Of a DNA stretch of 37,656 nt, positions 33,327-37,656 are shown piece after piece; the first letter of the stretch is position 1; each line of letters opens with the position of its first letter. A model generated the notes under the pieces. It had not been told where the DNA came from and searched no databases. It saw only the letters and a program-made list of their open reading frames with translations. The DNA comes from a bacterium (GTDB lineage: Bacteria; Bacteroidota; Ignavibacteria; UBA10030). The stretch spans positions 1 to 37,656 of the forward strand of contig JAZDJN010000046.1 of NCBI GenBank assembly GCA_043803945.1, in the 5' to 3' direction. A program made the position numbers and the translations under genes.

Positions 33327-33953
33327 CTATTTATCATTCCCGGCAGGTTTTGAACCATTACTTCGTTTATACAAATACCGCGCAACCCAGAGAAGCACGA
33401 CAATGATGAGAATTCCTGTCACAGTCTTACTATAGGTCTCAAGATAGTATGAGATATTCTGCCAGTTTTGGCCGAGCTTCATTCCGGCATAGAGGAGAAT
33501 GAAATTCCAGATGAGTGCACTGACAAATGAGAGTATCGTTGTTTTCAGCAATGACAATTCAGACATCCCCGCGAAAAAAGAAACAACGGCTCTTGTTCCT
33601 GAAAGAAAACGATTTGCCACGACGAGGAAATATCCATATTTCTGAAACCATGCTTCGACTTTGAATACACTTTCCTTTGGAATAAATTTGATCTTTCCTG
33701 CTTCAAGAATCCTATGGCCGAACCAATGCCCGATTTTGTACATAAGCACAAAACCAAGTGTACTTCCGATGGAAGCTGAGATGAGAGCTGGAATAAAATT
33801 GATGGAACCAAGTCCGACAAGCGAGCCGGCCGAAACGACAAGCACATCGCTCGGGAACGGGGGAAAGATGTTTTCGATGCAGGCAACTGCACCCACTGTT
33901 GCATAGACCCAGAAGGGATCGATCTGAAGAAGGCGATTAATGAGTTCTTCCAT
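33327..33953 (-). CDS. DedA family membrane protein
   Basis: ENIFPPFPSD, G...G...MY.IG, F.KYG....RFLSG.R. Confidence 0.93.
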   Translation of the reverse strand: MEELINRLLQIDPFWVYATVGAVACIENIFPPFPSDVLVVSAGSLVGLGSINFIPALISASIGSTLGFVLMYKIGHWFGHRILEAGKIKFIPKESVFKVEAWFQKYGYFLVVANRFLSGTRAVVSFFAGMSELSLLKTTILSFVSALIWNFILLYAGMKLGQNWQNISYYLETYSKTVTGILIIVVLLWVARYLYKRSNGSKPAGNDK

Positions 33954-33968
33954 AGTGGGGTTAGCAGT

Positions 33969-34481
33969 TTATTGATGAATAATCAGTGTTGTCGCAAGTG
34001 CCGCACATCCTTCTTCCCTTCCGATAAAGCCAAGGTGCTCGTTTGTCGTTGCTTTGATAGAAATGCTGTGCAGCGGTATCCCAAGTGCCTTTGAAATTTT
34101 CTTTTTCATCGATGGGATGTATTCACCGATCTTCGGGCTTTGAAGGATGACCATGGAATCAACATTACCGATGAGCATACCTTCCTTCTTTAAAAGGTGA
34201 GCCACGGTACGTAGAAGGATGATGCTTGAGATGTTCTTATATTTCTTCGAGGTATTGGGAAATTGCTTCCCGATATCCGGTAATCCAGCCGCTCCGAGAA
34301 GTGCATCGCAAATAGCGTGGAGCAGCACATCGGCGTCAGAATGTCCGTCGAGACCAGCCGAATGGGGAATGCGCACTCCTCCAAGAATTAATTTCCTTCG
34401 CTGTGCAAATTGATGAACATCATACCCCAGGCCGATCCGCGGGATATTATTTGATGTCGAATTCTTTGAATGTTTTTTCAA
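33969..34481 (-). CDS. ispF: 2-C-methyl-D-erythritol 2,4-cyclodiphosphate synthase
   Basis: RIGLGYDVH, GHSDADVLLHAICDALLGA, DIG..FP, KATTNE.LGF.GREEG; probable TTG start 34481 after GGAG, overlapping the acyP end. Confidence 0.96.
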   Translation of the reverse strand: MKKHSKNSTSNNIPRIGLGYDVHQFAQRRKLILGGVRIPHSAGLDGHSDADVLLHAICDALLGAAGLPDIGKQFPNTSKKYKNISSIILLRTVAHLLKKEGMLIGNVDSMVILQSPKIGEYIPSMKKKISKALGIPLHSISIKATTNEHLGFIGREEGCAALATTLIIHQ

Positions 34482-34719
34482 CGTTTCTCCATTCAATCTT
34501 CATATCGGTTACATGAGCCGAGCGGGGTCCAACTTTGAGGCGTTGAATGAACTCCTCAATCATGCCTCGTTCACCTTCAACCTGGATTTCTACATTACCA
34601 TCGTAAAGATTCCGAACAAATCCTAAAAGCTTATAGCTGATGGCGTAGCGATAAACAAAATAGCGATATCCGACGCCTTGCACCAGCCCTTTGACGATGA
34701 TATGCGCTCCAATCTCCAT
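34447..34719 (-). CDS. acyP: Acylphosphatase
   Basis: GLVQGVGYR, GFVRNL.DGNVE, GP..A.V; 90 aa. Confidence 0.95.
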   Translation of the reverse strand: MEIGAHIIVKGLVQGVGYRYFVYRYAISYKLLGFVRNLYDGNVEIQVEGERGMIEEFIQRLKVGPRSAHVTDMKIEWRNVEKTFKEFDIK

Positions 34720-34748
34720 AGTCGCTGAATGATATTTAATAACCCACC

Positions 34749-35001
34749 TTACGCAAAAAAGAAAATCATCGATCCATGGAGGTTTTTCTTAGCAAACTCA
34801 AACCTCCCAATATGAGGCTGTCTAAAAAGAGTCTTTGTCATTTCGACCGCAGGGAGAAATCTTGCTTTTTGTTTAGATTTCTCAGTTGCTGCGCGCCTTC
34901 GAAATGACAAAACAGTCTTTTTGGTCAACCCCCAAAAGAGGAGGTTAAGAACAAGATTAGCCGCTTCAATAAAGAAGATTCTTCTTTCTGCGTAACATCA
35001 G
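34749..35001. repeat. Nested inverted-repeat (REP/MITE-like) element
   Basis: Core: TTTGTCATTTCGA (34834-34846)/TCGAAATGACAAA (34899-34911) perfect 13 bp IR and GAGAAATCT (34854-34862)/AGATTTCTC (34875-34883). Flanked by a 13/17 IR (34814-34830/34916-34932), AACCTCC/GGAGGTT and TTACGCA/TGCGTAA. Confidence 0.75.
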
Positions 35002-35059
35002 CTAATATTTATTTGACGAACATGAAAACACTGACGTTTGATGCTATTCGTCACCGAGG

Positions 35060-35089
35060 AAAAAAAGAAAGGGACGAATGGTTCGTCCC
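35060..35089 (-). terminator. Intrinsic terminator of tRNA-Leu
   Basis: GGGACGAA-3 nt-TTCGTCCC hairpin (35071-35089) followed on the minus strand by TTTCTTTTTTT. Confidence 0.85.
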
Positions 35090-35099
35090 CCTAGTGTTG

Positions 35100-35183
35100 T
35101 GCCCGGAGCGAGACTTGAACTCGCATACCCTTTCGGGCGCCGCCCCCTCAAGACGGTGTGTCTGCCAATTTCACCATCCGGGC
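35100..35183 (-). tRNA. tRNA-Leu (anticodon GAG)
   Basis: GCCCGGA acceptor stem, D-arm TGGTGAAATTGGCAGACAC, anticodon arm CCGTC-TTGAGGG-GGCGG, long variable arm CCC-GAAA-GGG, T-arm GCGAGTTCAAGTCTCGC, discriminator A; CCA not encoded. Confidence 0.97.
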
Positions 35184-35230
35184 AACAGAAAAAATATCTT
35201 TGGTAGTCCTACTTGATTTTCTACCGAACA

Positions 35231-35259
35231 AAGATACAAAACAAACAAGGTGAAGGCAA
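35231..35259 (-). promoter_or_regulatory. Putative tRNA-Leu promoter
   Basis: Minus strand TTGCCT, 17 nt spacer, TATCTT(TG), with an upstream T-rich UP-like tract. Confidence 0.6.
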
Positions 35260-35391
35260 TAAAAAAAAAATACGTGGCGAATACGTCTTACCCTGGTCTT
35301 GAAAGGCAGACCTTTTCTTTTAAAAATATCGCCTGTAATCATTTATAAAGCCATCAACGTTCAAAAAGATTTTTGCAGCAATGTGGCCAAG

Positions 35392-36075
35392 TCAGATCTT
35401 GCCGACTCTTGCTGGTAACCAGGGTGTGACATTGACTTTCCTTGCTAAGTATTCACGGACTCGATTGGATGAAATGACGGCAAGTCTGTTGATCAAATCT
35501 ACAGCGGCGGATACATTCCATTTGAATATTCTTTTAGGTGCAATGACCGTGTGGACTATTGAATGTCTCAACTGGAGTAAATCGTGAAGTCGCTTTTTTG
35601 CAGCTTCGTTTGAGCGCCCCTGCCAATGCCAATTTGAAGATAAAGACGGGAGTCCAATCAGATCGTCAAAGAGACTGTCCACTCGTATCGCGTTCGGTGT
35701 ATGAAGCCTCCGAATAGTATTATCGCGATGGTGTTTCAAGAGATTTATCCAGCCGTTGCCAGTTAACTCAAGGAGTCGCGATGGTTTATTAGATTTGAAT
35801 ATCTCTTTGGTGGCCAAAGCGAAGACATTCTGAGGCCATTTCTTTGGATCAGGAACATCGGCGAGAATCCTATCAAAACTAAAAGATGCAAGATCTTCTA
35901 CATAGGCCTCCCAACAAGCAACAATTAGGACGATTGCACTCTTATTCAAGACTTCGAAATAATGCTCGTAGCCAGGTCCCAGGCCAGATATTTTTTCGTG
36001 GATCTGAACAAGTGCCCGAACATCCAAGAGATTATCGGATAAACGCTGTATGTGTATGGGAAATATTGGAGGCAA
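35392..36075 (-). CDS. HEPN domain protein (resembles RiboL-PSP-HEPN / MAE_28990-like), putative RNase
   Basis: N-terminal helix LNKSAIVLIVACWEAYVEDL with conserved-looking E and C-terminal R-x4-H motif LRHSIVH; TTG start after AGGA; subfamily recalled from motif pattern only. Confidence 0.75.
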   Translation of the reverse strand: MPPIFPIHIQRLSDNLLDVRALVQIHEKISGLGPGYEHYFEVLNKSAIVLIVACWEAYVEDLASFSFDRILADVPDPKKWPQNVFALATKEIFKSNKPSRLLELTGNGWINLLKHHRDNTIRRLHTPNAIRVDSLFDDLIGLPSLSSNWHWQGRSNEAAKKRLHDLLQLRHSIVHTVIAPKRIFKWNVSAAVDLINRLAVISSNRVREYLARKVNVTPWLPARVGKI

Positions 36076-36156
36076 AATGTTCCTATGAGAATCCTGTAAT
36101 CAACTGGTGATAAAAAGTCATTGCATGTTCAGAGTAGCTTCGACCTTGAGTGCTAG

Positions 36157-37656
36157 CCCAAGTTCGACAGTTCAGAACTATTTTCGATCATTTTCTGATG
36201 AAAGTCCGCGAATGGAGCGAGCATTGGGCGATTCTCTGTGAAAGTGCTATGTAGTGCCGACCTACCCCCTTGCGGAGGGCATGGTCGATGTAGTATATTG
36301 TCGCATCATGTTTCTCAGACGCAAGTGTCGACATAAAGACGGCAAGCCCCACTCTTATTGGGAGCTGGTGGAATCATACCGGACTGAGCGAGGCCCTCGT
36401 CAACGGGTCGTGTCACATCTTGGGGACATGGATAATCCAGCGATGCGACAAGAGATTCTCCATGCCGCAGAAGGCCATGGTCCTACCCAGAAGTCACTCT
36501 TCGATGGACCACTGCCGGAATGGGTCGAGGTCAATGTGCGCAAAGTTCGCGCTGAGCGGCCTCGTCGCTTCGGTGATGTATGGCTTGCGTTGGCGCTCAT
36601 CAAGAAGCTCGGTCTGGGTGAACTCTTCGATAGGATAATGCCAGATATTCACCCGAAGATTTCCTGGGCCCGTTTGGCGGAAGTCTTGATTGTCTCACGC
36701 TTTTGTGAACCATCGAGTGAACTCCATATCGCCGAACAGTTCTACCGCAAGAGCGCCTTATCAGATCTCATGGGTATTCCTGACGAAGACATCTACGACA
36801 ACCGTCTCTATCGTTCGCTCGATAAACTATTGGGATACAAAGATGACATCCAGAAACATCTCAAAGAACGACTGGGTGAACTCTTTCATATCACCTACGA
36901 TATTCTGCTGTATGATGTCACGTCCACATACTTTGAAGGACAGGCATCCGGAAACCCTCAAGCCAAGCATGGCTACTCACGCGACAGCCGAGCTGACTGC
37001 AAGCAAGTGTGCATCGGTCTTGTCGTCACGAACGATGGCATTCCTCTGGGCTACGAAATCTTTGAAGGGAATCGTCATGACTCAACAACCGTTGAAACCA
37101 TTATCGAAAAGATGGAATCTCTCTACGGCAAATCTGATCGTGTCTGGATTATGGACCGTGGTATGACCAGTCCTGATACTCTTGAATTACTCGAAGAGGA
37201 AGGCCGCCGCTACATCATTGGTACCAGCAAAAGTCAACTCAAGAAATTTGAGCAACATCTTCTGACGCAGAACTGGAAGCAAGTCCATGAAGGGCTCGAA
37301 GTAAAGCTCTGTCCTTCCCCGGATGGAGGAGAAGAGATCTTCATCCTCTGCCGCAGTGAAGCCAGAAGGAAGAAAGAACAAGCGATCCACAATCGCTTCA
37401 TCAAGCGATTAGAACAAGGCCTTCAGAAAATACAGAAGAGTTGTGCATCCGGACGTCCAAAGCATGCAAGCGTTATCGAGCGCCGTATCGGACGCTTGCT
37501 CGAACGCTACAACCGGGCCTCTCCGCTTTTCGATATCCATGTGAAAGAACGTGATGGCAGGACTGATCTCTCCTGGACGATCCACGATACGTACAGCGAC
37601 TGGGCCCGTCTCACTGAAGGATATTATCTCCTGCGCACAAACATCTAAGCCAAAGG
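36157..37656 (+). mobile_element. IS1634-family insertion sequence (left part; right end not seen)
   Basis: Transposase ORF plus a candidate left end CCCAAGTTCGACAG at 36157, preceded by CTAG; the boundary is inferred because the partner IR is not in the window. Confidence 0.7.
36308..37648 (+). pseudogene. IS1634-family DDE transposase, C-terminally truncated
   Basis: MFLR...KDGK.H.YW.LVES.RT..GPRQR.V, LYR.LD.L, LYDVTSTYFEG (D1), GYSRD.R.D..Q, GN..D, MDRGM (D2). Stops at EGYYLLRTNI*, before the Y..(L/R)..(I/A)E..FR segment that carries the catalytic E. Confidence 0.85.

Noticed and set aside
35013-35342. Small ORFs 35013..35216 (+) and 35148..35342 (-)
   Set aside because: Overlap the tRNA-Leu gene, its terminator and promoter
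35100-36200. tRNA-Leu as integration site for the HEPN/IS region
   Set aside because: The accessory genes lie on the 5' side of the tRNA; no duplicated tRNA 3' end or integrase is seen

Overview
Mostly core chromosome of an FCB-group bacterium; gene content and order suggest Ignavibacteria/Chlorobi-like (inference). Intact housekeeping blocks: yqeY-cvpA-mutS2-purL (+); dapF, rpe and a PASTA protein (-); a SAM-I riboswitch-controlled metY-metX operon; a cdd-tdk-punA nucleoside salvage operon; bshC; and a long minus-strand run acyP-ispF-dedA-PAP2-lnt-ltaE-LOG-rimP-nusA-infB-rbfA-truB-ribF-rpsO-pnp-aroA. At the right end lie tRNA-Leu(GAG), a stand-alone HEPN (RxxxxH) gene and a truncated IS1634-type transposase. 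Most unusual signals: (1) an in-frame PhoR(sensor-HAMP-HisKA, no ATPase domain)::PhoU(C-terminal half) chimera whose 5' end is disconnected from a start codon across a G7 tract; (2) other decay scars: a broken metal ABC transporter and a 30-codon thioesterase-like remnant; (3) two intergenic nests of inverted repeats sharing a TTRCGCA...TGCGTAA outer motif; (4) a recurring TTGnnn-N17-TAnnTT promoter signature. No CRISPR array, rRNA or prophage seen. No complete novel multi-gene system can be supported; the PhoR-PhoU chimera, the nested repeats and the orphan HEPN gene are the best leads.
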